Of a DNA stretch of 64,000 bases, positions 46,441-55,915 are shown in pieces. Location: positions 1-64,000 of the IMG/VR virus record IMGVR_UViG_3300046781_000054. One strand, written 5' to 3'. The position numbers and the translations under genes were made by a program. Origin of the DNA: a virus. The notes under the pieces are model-generated. The model was not told the DNA's origin. It ran no database searches and saw nothing but the letters and a program-made list of their open reading frames with translations. Positions within the stretch are counted from its first letter, which is position 1, and every line of letters starts with the position of its first letter.

Positions 46441-46543
46441 AACACGCAGGGGGATGGCGCTCCAGCGCACTCGCCACATCCGTCGTAGCGTGCAGTCAGA
46501 AGCACCCCGGGGGGCACGGATCCCCTCTTCAGCCCCATGATCA

Positions 46544-46672
46544 CAATTCTTACGAACCCTCACACGCCCCTACCCACCAGGAGAAGCAGCGCGCGCATCG
46601 CCCCGCACTCTTCCCCGGACAGAACCCACCACCGCGCCTGGACGGTCGGGCCTTGAGGGTTCGTAATAATTG
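46544..46672. repeat. 19-bp inverted repeats upstream of recombinase-like gene
   Basis: CAATTCTTACGAACCCTCA (46544-46562) and TGAGGGTTCGTAATAATTG (46654-46672), one mismatch. Confidence 0.75.
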
Positions 46673-46706
46673 ATCTCCCGTATGATCACCGGGCACTATA
46701 AGAGCC

Positions 46707-47558
46707 ATGAACCCCCGCGACCTGCTCGAAGCCTGGCTCACCGGTGGCACCCTGCGCCCCTCCACCGTCGGCCGCTACCAGCCGCAGGTCGACTCCTGGC
46801 TCACCTGGTGCGAGACCACCGGCACCGACCCCTACAACGTCACCATCCACGATGTCGCCGCCTGGTCCGCCGAACGCCTCGCCCCCCACCTCGACGGCCG
46901 CAGCTTCAACGGACCCGCCGACCTCGCCTGGCTCACCGAGAACGCACCCGACATCGCCGGCACCCACGACGGCTACATCACCGCCCTCACCGGCTACTAC
47001 AAAGCCGCCCACGACCGTCGCCTCATCACCGGCCCACCCGACCTCGGCGAACTCCGCTCCGGCATCGACCGCGACGCGAACACCCCCAAGAAGCTCGACC
47101 CACGGGAGAAGGCCGCCCTGATGGCGTGCATCGGCATGTGGGGTCCCGACCAGGCCCGCCACTACCGCCGCGACCGCCTCCTCGCCTACCTGCTGCTGGA
47201 GCGGATGCGCCCCGGCGAGATCGTCCGCCTCGACGCCCGCCACCTCCAGGAGCAGTCCGACGGCGGCTACGAGGTCCGCGCCCCCGACTACGAGTTCGAG
47301 GCCCTCGGCAAGCAGTTCACCCTGGACCCGCTCACCGGCGCCGCCCTGCGCGACTACCTGCCCCACCGACCCACACCCGCACCCGGCGCCTACGAGCTGA
47401 TCCTCGGCCAGGGCGGTCGGCCGCTGAACTCCCGCCAGCCCAACGTCATCGTCCGCGGCATCTGCGACATGCACCCCCTCCTCGCCACCCGCGAACCACC
47501 CGTCACCGCCGACACCATCGCCCACACCGGGCTCTGGGACACCCCCGAAGGCAGCTGA
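46707..47558 (+). CDS. tyrosine-recombinase-like protein lacking catalytic C-terminus
   Basis: core-binding domain and RDR.L..LL..MRPGE; HxLR box replaced by ADTIAH; no downstream Tyr. Confidence 0.8.
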   Translation: MNPRDLLEAWLTGGTLRPSTVGRYQPQVDSWLTWCETTGTDPYNVTIHDVAAWSAERLAPHLDGRSFNGPADLAWLTENAPDIAGTHDGYITALTGYYKAAHDRRLITGPPDLGELRSGIDRDANTPKKLDPREKAALMACIGMWGPDQARHYRRDRLLAYLLLERMRPGEIVRLDARHLQEQSDGGYEVRAPDYEFEALGKQFTLDPLTGAALRDYLPHRPTPAPGAYELILGQGGRPLNSRQPNVIVRGICDMHPLLATREPPVTADTIAHTGLWDTPEGS

Positions 47559-47829
47559 CTACAGCACGCGGCGTACTCCCTGACCGATTCACCTCATCGG
47601 TGGAGTCCGGTGTTCCGCAGGAACCTTGTTGGCCCGCTTCCATGTTGGTCAGGGTTGCCCGGGACGGCCCGCAGATACCAAGGTTGCGCGGCTAACAGCC
47701 CCTCAGACACTCTCTGAGTCCTGGGCATTCGCCCACCTGCACAGCGGAGCTTCCACCCGACAGATGCCTGGCCGGGCGTCGGGCGGAGCCCCCTGCGCGG
47801 ATCTCACACGATGACGAGGGAGACCTGCC

Positions 47830-47997
47830 ATGAACGGTAGCAACGACGAACACCTGGACAAGCCCGGAAAGCGGCCCGCCCGCCTGTGGCGGCGCCTGCG
47901 GACCTGGCAGTTGCAGCAGCAGCTGGCCCGCGGGCTGGCGTACGGCGTCGGCTCGGGGGCGGTGAGCCTGCTCCTGCTGTGGGTGCAGTCCCGGTAG
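47830..47997 (+). CDS. small membrane peptide (55 aa)
   Basis: GAGGGAG RBS, C-terminal TM, followed by hairpin. Confidence 0.6.
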   Translation: MNGSNDEHLDKPGKRPARLWRRLRTWQLQQQLARGLAYGVGSGAVSLLLLWVQSR

Positions 47998-48143
47998 GCG
48001 GCGCGGACAGGGTGGGCGGTGCTGGTCAGTGCTGCGCCAGCACCGCCCACCTGGGCCGCACGCGGATCGTTAGCCGCCGATCCAACGCACGGTCGGCGTG
48101 GCACGGATAGGATCCCGGCCACGCCTACAAGGGGGACACCGCA

Positions 48144-48383
48144 ATGCCGCGCGCCAAGACCACCCAGCCCGACGCGTCGGAGACCTCCGCGGTCGATCCG
48201 GGCTTGCAGAAGCTCATCGCCGTGTTCGCCATGGGCATCGTCGGAACCGTGGTCGGCACCGCCCTGTACGGGTCCGACAAGCACAGTGAGCGGGCGTTCC
48301 GTCTCGTGGAGTGGTTGAGGCGGAGGCCGGACCTGGAGGCGGAGCCTGACGGACGCCGGACGCCGCGGGCGAAGCGCCGCTGA
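48144..48383 (+). CDS. small membrane protein
   Basis: central TM segment. Confidence 0.6.
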   Translation: MPRAKTTQPDASETSAVDPGLQKLIAVFAMGIVGTVVGTALYGSDKHSERAFRLVEWLRRRPDLEAEPDGRRTPRAKRR

Positions 48384-48390
48384 ACTCGCG

Positions 48391-49482
48391 TCAGACGAAC
48401 TTGTCGACGAGGTGGTCGTACACCGCGACCGCGGCCGCCGCGTGCGCAGCCTTGCGGGCCCCAGAGTCGCGCCGGCGGATGTATCGCAGCGTGGTCTCGA
48501 TCGCGGCATGATCGGCGTACTCCTGAATCTCCTCCACGGGCACCTTCGCGTCGTGCATGTGGGTCAGCTTGGAGGCGCGCAGCACGTGCGGAGTCAGGTC
48601 GCGGCCGGACAGGACGAGGGCCTGCTTGCCGAGGCGGGTGAGCAGGTAGTCGACATCGTGGCGGGACATCGCCTTGTCGGCGTCGTTGAGGAGGAGCGGG
48701 CCTTCGGTGCGGCCGACGGTGGCGACGTCGATGAGCTGGGCGAGCCGATCCGGGAGCGTCCAGACGCGGCCCTTGCCGCCCTTCCTGCGCAGGTCCAACA
48801 GGCGTACGCCGTCATAGTCCTTGAGCTGGCCGAGGGTGGCGGCGCAGCACTCGGAGACGCGGCCGGCGAGCGTGTAGATGAGGACCGGGACGACGGCTTC
48901 CCGCGCGGTGGCGGCGGCTTCGATGACGCGTTGCAGTTCGGGGACTTCAAGGATGGGTGTGGCGGTGGTTTCGTCGTGGGGGTCGACCTTGGGCCGGTCG
49001 TGCTTGGTGACCGGGGAGACGACGGTGTGGTCCTTGGTCTTCCACTTGGCGTACTCGGACAGTGCGGTGAGGACGGACAGGCGGCGGTTGATGGTGCGCG
49101 GCGCTTTACCTTTGGCTTTCTGGACTTTGGTCCAGGTCTCGATGATGCCGGGGGTGATGGCGCCGACGAAGAAGCGGTCGTGGCCGCCCAACTCCCGTGC
49201 GACGCCTGCCCAGAGGCGGATGTCGTCGGCGTAGGCCTGCTTGCTGGTGGTGGCGGGGACGGCTTCGGAGCCGAGCCATGAGGTGATGAGGAGGAAGGTG
49301 TCGCGGTCGCAGAGTTCAGCGAGGAGTTCGAGGCGCCAGCGGCGTTCGCCGAGGCGTCGGGTGCGGGGGTTGCGGGGTGCAACGGTGCCGAGGATGTCGC
49401 GGAGGTAGTAGAAGGCTTCCTCGGCGGCGCCAGGCTGGGCAAGTTCGGCGCGGGGTCTCGCGGAGAGGTCGTGCTCGGTCAC
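48391..49482 (-). CDS. tyrosine recombinase (Xer/integrase family)
   Basis: GRVSE, KGGK, PHVLR, ADH...TTLRY. Confidence 0.92.
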   Translation of the reverse strand: MTEHDLSARPRAELAQPGAAEEAFYYLRDILGTVAPRNPRTRRLGERRWRLELLAELCDRDTFLLITSWLGSEAVPATTSKQAYADDIRLWAGVARELGGHDRFFVGAITPGIIETWTKVQKAKGKAPRTINRRLSVLTALSEYAKWKTKDHTVVSPVTKHDRPKVDPHDETTATPILEVPELQRVIEAAATAREAVVPVLIYTLAGRVSECCAATLGQLKDYDGVRLLDLRRKGGKGRVWTLPDRLAQLIDVATVGRTEGPLLLNDADKAMSRHDVDYLLTRLGKQALVLSGRDLTPHVLRASKLTHMHDAKVPVEEIQEYADHAAIETTLRYIRRRDSGARKAAHAAAAVAVYDHLVDKFV

Positions 49483-49793
49483 GGACGCCAGCCCGGGTGA
49501 TAGTTCGGGTGTGTCTCGAACCGGCTGCCCAGCTTCCTGGCGGTGAACAGCAGGCCGTCGATGTACGCCCGCGCCTTACCCATGAGGACGGCCGCGTCCA
49601 ACTCGTCGAGGATCTCCTCTTGGACGTCGATGCTCGCAACGGCTTGTTCGGCTTGCTTCAGGGGAAGCTTGTGGGCTTCGGCCCGCTGTTCGGCGAATCG
49701 CTTCCGGAGGAAGGTGGTGAGGTCGTCCACGTTGGATGGCCCGGACGCGGCGATGATGCCGCTGATGACGCGTGCCTCAAGGTCTGCGTTCAT
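49479..49793 (-). CDS. hypothetical protein
   Basis: GTGA overlap with recombinase; HPNYHPGWRP tail. Confidence 0.7.
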   Translation of the reverse strand: MNADLEARVISGIIAASGPSNVDDLTTFLRKRFAEQRAEAHKLPLKQAEQAVASIDVQEEILDELDAAVLMGKARAYIDGLLFTARKLGSRFETHPNYHPGWRP

Positions 49794-49822
49794 GATCCCA
49801 TCCTAGTCGTTCTTAACCCACG

Positions 49823-50485
49823 TTAAGCGGGTGCCGGTGCGGTCTTCTCCCGGATGCGGCGGACGATGGTCGGACGGGCCACGCCGAACGAAGTGGCGAG
49901 GCTGCCGATCGACTCGCCGTCCCGGTGGCGGCGGCGGATCTCCTCGTCGGGCAGGTCCATCCTGCGGTGTCCAAGCGGGACCTTGGCGCCGCCCTCGGCC
50001 AGGCGGCGGGAGATCAGGGCGGGAGCGACATCGAGGTCTGCCGCGATCTGCTGGATCTCCTGCCGCTCGTCGCGGTAGCGGCGGACGATCTCCTGTGTAG
50101 GGACCGGGAGTTCAATGCGGCGCGTGGTGCGGCGCTTCACGTCGTGGCGCTTCATCACGTTGATGATCGTGGTTTTGCTGCACCCGTACCGTTCGCCGAT
50201 GACACGTGTCGGCTCCCCTGCCCGGTAGCTGGCGATGACCTCTGCTGCGGGCAGGGTGCGCACGAGGGGTTCGTCGGCCGGAGGCAGTGTGTGGCGTCCT
50301 GATGTGGCGCCGCGGGCGACTCGGGAGACCTGGGCACGGCTGAGTCCGGTAGCGCGGACGATCTCGGCTTGCCTTACGCCATCTCGGACGGCGGCGCGGA
50401 TGGCGTCGTGCAGCGCACTGGTGGTTGGACGGTTGGCGGCCCGGCGAACTTCCTTGAGTGCGTCCGGAGTTGGGGCGTGGGTCAT
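49823..50485 (-). CDS. multi-HTH DNA-binding protein
   Basis: four HTH-like repeats. Confidence 0.75.
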   Translation of the reverse strand: MTHAPTPDALKEVRRAANRPTTSALHDAIRAAVRDGVRQAEIVRATGLSRAQVSRVARGATSGRHTLPPADEPLVRTLPAAEVIASYRAGEPTRVIGERYGCSKTTIINVMKRHDVKRRTTRRIELPVPTQEIVRRYRDERQEIQQIAADLDVAPALISRRLAEGGAKVPLGHRRMDLPDEEIRRRHRDGESIGSLATSFGVARPTIVRRIREKTAPAPA

Positions 50486-50790
50486 GCGAATAGCGTGGCA
50501 CGGTTCCGCAGAAGTGTTCCCCCCGCTCCACCCGAGGGAGCACCCCGCGGAAATGACTGTGGCCCCTCCGCCAAGAGGGGCCACTACGCAGTCCGACCGT
50601 TCCACCGCACCTGGCCAGAACCATCAGTGAGGAGAGAGTAGCAGGGCGCACTGACAGTCGGCTGCCTCCGGCGCCCCAGTCTTGAAAGGGCGTCAGATTC
50701 TTCGTCAGGAGCGATTCTCCGCTCGGACCCGATCAAGCGGACGGACGTTGCCCCACTTTCCGAATCCAAGGATTTCTTGGATTTCAAGCA

Positions 50791-50819
50791 TTGCCAAGAC
50801 ATTCAAGGATGGCTAAGTT
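50791..50819 (+). promoter_or_regulatory. sigma70-type promoter of moron operon
   Basis: TTGCCA-N17-TAAGTT overlapped by CAAG repeats. Confidence 0.65.
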
Positions 50820-50851
50820 GGGATCCAACGAAGACTGACAGGAGGCCCGCG

Positions 50852-51085
50852 ATGGCCACGTACAACGTTCCGCTCACCGGGTGGGCGAATATCACGGTCA
50901 CCGTCGAGACCGACGAGACCGACCCCGAGAAGATCGTCGAACTCGCCCAGTACGAGGCCGGGGTGTCGCTCTGCCACCACTGCGCCAGCAGCACCAACAA
51001 CTCGCTGGACATCGGCGACGAGTGGACGCCGAGCCGCGACGTGAAGACCGGTGCGCCCGACATCTACAAGGAGACCAGCAAGTGA
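50852..51085 (+). CDS. hypothetical protein
   Basis: AGGAGG RBS. Confidence 0.7.
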   Translation: MATYNVPLTGWANITVTVETDETDPEKIVELAQYEAGVSLCHHCASSTNNSLDIGDEWTPSRDVKTGAPDIYKETSK

Positions 51086-51384
51086 GCACCTCGGCTCAGC
51101 CCACCGGCCGCTGCTACTGCGGCTGCGGCAAGACCGTCGGCTACGGCCGGTACTTCGCCGCCGGGCACGACAAGACCGCCGAGGCCGCGTTCCTCGCCAT
51201 CCACCACGACGCATCCGTCGCGCAGATGCTCCACGCGCACGGCTACGGGCCCGACGACGACAAGTCGGTTACCAAGGCGGCCGTGGACAAGGGGCTTTGG
51301 CTGGACTGCCCGCTCGGCTGCGGGTACCGGGGCGCGCGGGAGAGCATCAACAACCACGTCAACCGGCACCACCGCGAGAATTGA
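51082..51384 (+). CDS. small Zn-finger protein
   Basis: CYCGCG...F..GHD; CPLGC...H...H. Confidence 0.75.
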   Translation: MSTSAQPTGRCYCGCGKTVGYGRYFAAGHDKTAEAAFLAIHHDASVAQMLHAHGYGPDDDKSVTKAAVDKGLWLDCPLGCGYRGARESINNHVNRHHREN

Positions 51385-51395
51385 GGACAACGCCC

Positions 51396-51605
51396 ATGCC
51401 CAACGAGGACAGCATGTTCGCCGTTTCGAAGATCGCCGATGGTGCCATTGAGTCCGGCACCATCGACCCCACCGACCCGATGTACGTCCACACACTGATC
51501 GTGTGGGCCCTCAAGAAGATCGGCATGTCACCGGAGGAAGCCGCCAGGTACGCAACCGCCCACCAAGAGCAGGCCGTCGAAGCCCACCTGACCGCCGAGA
51601 AGTGA
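51396..51605 (+). CDS. hypothetical protein
   Basis: GAGGA RBS. Confidence 0.6.
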   Translation: MPNEDSMFAVSKIADGAIESGTIDPTDPMYVHTLIVWALKKIGMSPEEAARYATAHQEQAVEAHLTAEK

Positions 51606-51612
51606 GGACGTC

Positions 51613-52365
51613 TTGCCGTTCTGGAAGAAGAAGCCCACGAAGTCACGGGACGATGAGCTGCGGGCGGCCCTGTACGCAGCGAACCCGGCGCTAGCCGCCG
51701 AGGTCGACCGGGGTCGCGAACGCCGTGCCGCGTCCGACGAGCTGCACGCTCACGAGATTAGCCCCGACGATGCCGCGCTCATCCGCATGATGGGCGGCTC
51801 CCAGTGGGGCGACGATGCGTCCTTGACGCTGCCGTCTGGGAAGACCATCACCGGTAGCGAAGCGCGGCGTTGGCTCAACTCGGACACTGCCGCTGCTCCG
51901 TCTGGTAAGCGGGAGTTACGCTCGCCCGCATTCCGTAAGGCCACTCTGGACGAGTACGTCGCATGGCTGCGGCTTTACCTGGATCAGGGCGGTAGGCCCA
52001 CCCACTACTACGACTACCCGTTCAGGGGTGAACGGTGGCTGATCGCCGAGCAGGACTTCACCACCGGCGGCGAGTGCGGCACGTTCTCTGCCGAGATCAT
52101 CGTCCCTGAGGGCGTCGAGTATCTCGGCGGCGGGCGCGGCCACAACGAGCTCTACTTCATGGACGGCGCTCGCCACATCGGCCACGTCGTCCCCGTCTTC
52201 GACGACCCCGTCTTCCGCGCCCTTTCCAAGGACGTCCCCATTTTCATCGCGGCGAAGAAGGCCGAGCGTGCGCAATGGGAGCGGGAACACAAAGCAATGG
52301 CCGAGGAGTCTGTCCGGCGCTCGCGGCAGAGCGACTTGGGCCGCTACCTTCGGCCGTCGGACTGA
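51613..52365 (+). CDS. hypothetical protein containing a TTA codon
   Basis: long ORF; in-frame TTA at 51916-51918. Confidence 0.75.
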   Translation: MPFWKKKPTKSRDDELRAALYAANPALAAEVDRGRERRAASDELHAHEISPDDAALIRMMGGSQWGDDASLTLPSGKTITGSEARRWLNSDTAAAPSGKRELRSPAFRKATLDEYVAWLRLYLDQGGRPTHYYDYPFRGERWLIAEQDFTTGGECGTFSAEIIVPEGVEYLGGGRGHNELYFMDGARHIGHVVPVFDDPVFRALSKDVPIFIAAKKAERAQWEREHKAMAEESVRRSRQSDLGRYLRPSD

Positions 52366-52381
52366 TCCACGCGCATGTAGT

Positions 52382-52415
52382 GGTGCCCCGCCTGAGAGAA
52401 GCAGGCGGGGGCACC
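52382..52415. terminator. hairpin between convergent operons
   Basis: GGTGCCCCGCCTG...CAGGCGGGGGCACC. Confidence 0.65.
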
Positions 52416-52437
52416 GTCATGCAGCCTACGCGGCCCC

Positions 52438-54093
52438 TCACGCGCCAACGGCGGCCCACGGCCCGGCAAAGTCCGTCGCAGTGTTCGACGCCGGGGTGAT
52501 CGTCGACGGGAGGGACGTCCGGCCCGTCCCGTTGATCGCGAACCGGTACCCGGCCGCCGACAGGCCCAGACTCGCCGCCACCCCCACCCCCGTCCACCCC
52601 GACGCGCGCGTCAACGTCGGCGGCACCGACCCGTTGAACAGCAGCCCCACCCAGTAGAACGCCCCGCCCGTCAGCGCCTGTGCCGTGACCGTGGTGGTCT
52701 TCAGCCCCGCCGACGTGACGTCCGAGTCCACGGTCGCCGACGCCAGCAGCGTCCCCGCGCTGTTGTACAGGCCCACGAGGTTCTGCCCCGCCGTCGGCGA
52801 CGACCCCTGATTGCCCACCCACCAGTACAGCTTCGTCACGTTCACCGCGGCGGCAATGTTCACCCGCACCAGATACAGGGATCCCGCCGTCACTTGGGTC
52901 GAGTTCACGGCCAGGGCCGGGTCGTAGCACCAGGCGGCCGCCCCATGCGAAGCCGGTGAATCACTGCCGAGCGCGTACCCGCTGACGGCCAGGTTCCCGC
53001 TGATGGTGCCGCCCGCCACGGGCAGGGCGCCGATGTCAGCCGCCGTCAGGGCGTCGCCGCCACCGGTCGCGTGGCTCGTCTTGTGCGTCGTCGGCGTGCG
53101 CGAGTTCGTCGTGGACGGGTCGGTGGACCGCAGCGCGATCGTGGCTCCGGCACCGGCAGCACCCAGCGGGGTCGCGGTCGCCGGGTCCCCGGCCGGCCCC
53201 TGCGCTCCGGTGTCACCCTTGTCGCCCTTCGGGCCCTGAGCTCCGGCCGGTCCCGGGTCGCCTTGCGGGCCGGTCGCCCCGGTGGCGCCAGCCGTGCCGG
53301 CCGGGCCCTGAGATCCTGTATCGCCCTTGGGTCCTTGGGCTCCGGTCAGACCGGTGTCGCCCTTCGGCCCGGTCGCGCCCGTGGCGCCGGTCGCTCCGTC
53401 CGCACCAGCCGGGCCCTGGGCGCCAGTGTCGCCCTTCGGGCCTGCGGCTCCTGACGCGCCGTCCGCGCCTGCGGGTCCCGTCGCGCCGGTGTCACCCTTG
53501 GCTCCTGCCGGACCCTCACCACCCGCCGGACCTGCGGCGCCCTGCGGTCCCGCCGGGCCTGCGGGCCCTTGGGCGCCAGCCGCTCCGGGATCGCCCTTCG
53601 GGCCCTTCTGCGCGGCCAGGAACGCCGCCTCGTCCCCCGTGTTGCCCAGGGCCAGCCACAGCGCGTACGTCGACTGACCGTCCGTGCCATCGGTCCCGTC
53701 AGTCCCGTCGCTGCCTGGGGCGGCCGCCACGTAGACGACAGCCGTCTGCCCCGTCACCACGCCCGGGAGTTCGACGCGGATGTCGCCCAGCCAGTACGGG
53801 CCACCCGACTCCGGCACCAGGACGTACGTGGTGTTCGGGACGCCCGCGAGGGTGCGGCCCTCGGTGACCACCCACAGGGTGTCCCCGCCGGGTGAGGCGA
53901 TGCCCGGGTTCGGCACCAGGTCGCACGTCCAGGCGCCGTCCGTGCCCGGTGTGATGCGCAGCGGGCGGACAACTTCGCCTTCCACGTCGGCGACGTAACC
54001 CACCGCTGGCGTGCCGGTGCCGTCGACCAGAGCCGCGGTCACCTCCACGCGTTCCGGGTGTGATCCGATCAGCTTGCCAGTCACGGTGGTCAC
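52438..54093 (-). CDS. collagen-like tail fibre protein
   Basis: long G-X-Y run and beta-rich C-terminal domain. Confidence 0.8.
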   Translation of the reverse strand: MTTVTGKLIGSHPERVEVTAALVDGTGTPAVGYVADVEGEVVRPLRITPGTDGAWTCDLVPNPGIASPGGDTLWVVTEGRTLAGVPNTTYVLVPESGGPYWLGDIRVELPGVVTGQTAVVYVAAAPGSDGTDGTDGTDGQSTYALWLALGNTGDEAAFLAAQKGPKGDPGAAGAQGPAGPAGPQGAAGPAGGEGPAGAKGDTGATGPAGADGASGAAGPKGDTGAQGPAGADGATGATGATGPKGDTGLTGAQGPKGDTGSQGPAGTAGATGATGPQGDPGPAGAQGPKGDKGDTGAQGPAGDPATATPLGAAGAGATIALRSTDPSTTNSRTPTTHKTSHATGGGDALTAADIGALPVAGGTISGNLAVSGYALGSDSPASHGAAAWCYDPALAVNSTQVTAGSLYLVRVNIAAAVNVTKLYWWVGNQGSSPTAGQNLVGLYNSAGTLLASATVDSDVTSAGLKTTTVTAQALTGGAFYWVGLLFNGSVPPTLTRASGWTGVGVAASLGLSAAGYRFAINGTGRTSLPSTITPASNTATDFAGPWAAVGA

Positions 54094-54120
54094 GGTCGTG
54101 CTCCCTAGTGTCAGGCCGGG

Positions 54121-54429
54121 TCAGCCACTGCTGCTGGGGGTTGGAGTGGGGACGGTCGAGCAGATCTTGTCGGCTGCTGCGCGCACCGAAGCGGTGATCT
54201 TGCGGTCAGGTTCGTCGCGCAGTAGCGCCCACAGGGCGCAGGTGAGTTGCTGCTGGTCGGTGCGCTGAGAGGCGCCGGTGGTCTGTGCGGTGCGCAGTGT
54301 CGAGTAACGGTCCTGGGAGGCGGAGTTCTGCCAGACCAGCAGGGCAGCCACGAGGACTGCGGCGACACCGATGACGGCGATCAGCGGGGTGGTGTCGTGG
54401 CGTGGCTTGCGCGGGAAGGAGATGGCCAT
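54121..54429 (-). CDS. membrane protein in lysis cassette
   Basis: N-terminal TM, two Cys. Confidence 0.7.
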   Translation of the reverse strand: MAISFPRKPRHDTTPLIAVIGVAAVLVAALLVWQNSASQDRYSTLRTAQTTGASQRTDQQQLTCALWALLRDEPDRKITASVRAAADKICSTVPTPTPSSSG

Positions 54430-54440
54430 GGGGCTGCCTT

Positions 54441-55106
54441 TCAGGGAAGGACCAGGCGCAGCAAGCCCGGGAGTTCAGAGGCGGATTCGGACGGGCTGGA
54501 CGTCGGGGTGGGGCCGGTCGTCTCTGTGCTGGTGATGCGGCGGCACACGAGTGCGTCCGGGTCGTTGGGGTCGGGCTCGAGGCGGTAGCCGTCGGGGCAG
54601 GTCTGGCCGTCCTTACCGTCGGACCCGTCCTTGCCGTCGCTGCCGTTGCTTCCGTCCTGGCCGCTCTGGCCGTTCTGCCCCGCCGCGCCGGAGGGCCCGG
54701 GAACCGTGGAGTCCGCACCCGGCTGCCCGTCCTCACCGTCCCGTCCCGGCTGCCCGGACGCGCCCGGAGACCCCGGGGAGCCGGAGGGGCCGGGCGGTCC
54801 CGGCACCGTGGACGTCGGCCCCGGAGAACCGGGGGTGCCGTTCTGCCCGGGCTCCCCCGTCGCATCCCGGCCCGGCTTTCCCTCCGGCCCGGTCACCGGC
54901 GTCCCGCCCAGCTCCCGGACCTGCGCGGCCAACGCGTCCCGCTGCTCGGACGCCTGCGCCAGATCATGCGAGAGGGTCCGCAGCGTGATCAGCACATAGC
55001 CGAGGAGGGCCACGCACGCCAGCACGCCGACCGCCCACACCAGATCGGTGCGGCGCCGGCGCTGCCGGAACGTGCGCGCCTCCCGCTGCTCCCTCTGCCT
55101 ACTCAT
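54441..55106 (-). CDS. membrane-anchored coiled-coil/collagen-like protein
   Basis: TM, coiled coil and G-X-Y repeats. Confidence 0.8.
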   Translation of the reverse strand: MSRQREQREARTFRQRRRRTDLVWAVGVLACVALLGYVLITLRTLSHDLAQASEQRDALAAQVRELGGTPVTGPEGKPGRDATGEPGQNGTPGSPGPTSTVPGPPGPSGSPGSPGASGQPGRDGEDGQPGADSTVPGPSGAAGQNGQSGQDGSNGSDGKDGSDGKDGQTCPDGYRLEPDPNDPDALVCRRITSTETTGPTPTSSPSESASELPGLLRLVLP

Positions 55107-55447
55107 TTCGATCCCTTGCTCGCCAGGTAGACCTGCAGCAGGGTCAGCAGCAGCGGCACGACGAGCGCGGTCAAGATGAGACGCTTGTCGGACGCCCTGC
55201 GGGTCTCTGCCTCGCGCTGCTCCTGCTGACGCCGCTCGGCCTCTCGGGCCCCGGCCTCCTCGAGGCTGGTGATCCGCGCCGAGAGGTTCGTGATCCGCTC
55301 GTCCCGGGCGTGCATCTGCAGCTCGAGGAGGCTCGTGTCGACCTTCGTGTCCAGACGTGCCGTGATGGCGCGCATGTCCTCTTTGAGGTCGACGAATCCG
55401 GCGTCGAGGCGGCGAGCCAGTTCACCATTGGTCGGCTCGTCGCTCAT
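55103..55447 (-). CDS. coiled-coil protein with C-terminal TM (lysis cassette)
   Basis: position and TM. Confidence 0.75.
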   Translation of the reverse strand: MSDEPTNGELARRLDAGFVDLKEDMRAITARLDTKVDTSLLELQMHARDERITNLSARITSLEEAGAREAERRQQEQREAETRRASDKRLILTALVVPLLLTLLQVYLASKGSK

Positions 55448-55490
55448 GGTGGTGTCCCCTGTTCAGTCGCAGTACCGAGATAGGCAGCCG

Positions 55491-55862
55491 TCAGGCTGTC
55501 TTCTCCAGCGGGCTGGACTGCTCGGTGGACAGGGCCGGAACGGGCGCGGTGACCTCGCGGTGCAGAATCAGCGCAACCAGGCCCTCAACGGCGAACATCC
55601 ACAGCGCCTGCGTCTCGGCGGGCATGTCGAGGCCGAACGCGAGGAACAGGGCGAGGACGCCCTGGCCCAGGTTCACGATGGCCGCGCCGACGGCGCCGGT
55701 CTTCAGAACGATCGCGGTGGCGACGGCGACGATGAGGGACAGGACAGCCATGATGGCGCCCTGCTGCGCGTCGGAGACCTCGAGGCCGTACGCGGCCGCG
55801 AGCTTGAGGACGATGGAGACGAACGCCAGGGTGTAGACGGGCTCTCTACCAAGCAACTTCAC
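55491..55862 (-). CDS. holin
   Basis: GREPV start, about four TM segments, next to endolysin. Confidence 0.8.
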   Translation of the reverse strand: MKLLGREPVYTLAFVSIVLKLAAAYGLEVSDAQQGAIMAVLSLIVAVATAIVLKTGAVGAAIVNLGQGVLALFLAFGLDMPAETQALWMFAVEGLVALILHREVTAPVPALSTEQSSPLEKTA

Positions 55863-55915
55863 GGGATTCTCGATTCTCGGAGAGCCGCCGGGCGTATCCC
55901 GGCGGTCATGTCGGG

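Noticed and set aside
46707-49482. Protelomerase or linear hairpin-ended prophage
   Set aside because: Proteins are short Xer/integrase-like, and no long perfect telomere palindrome was seen.
53170-53720. Tandem 9-bp-period repeats
   Set aside because: Explained by collagen G-X-Y coding.
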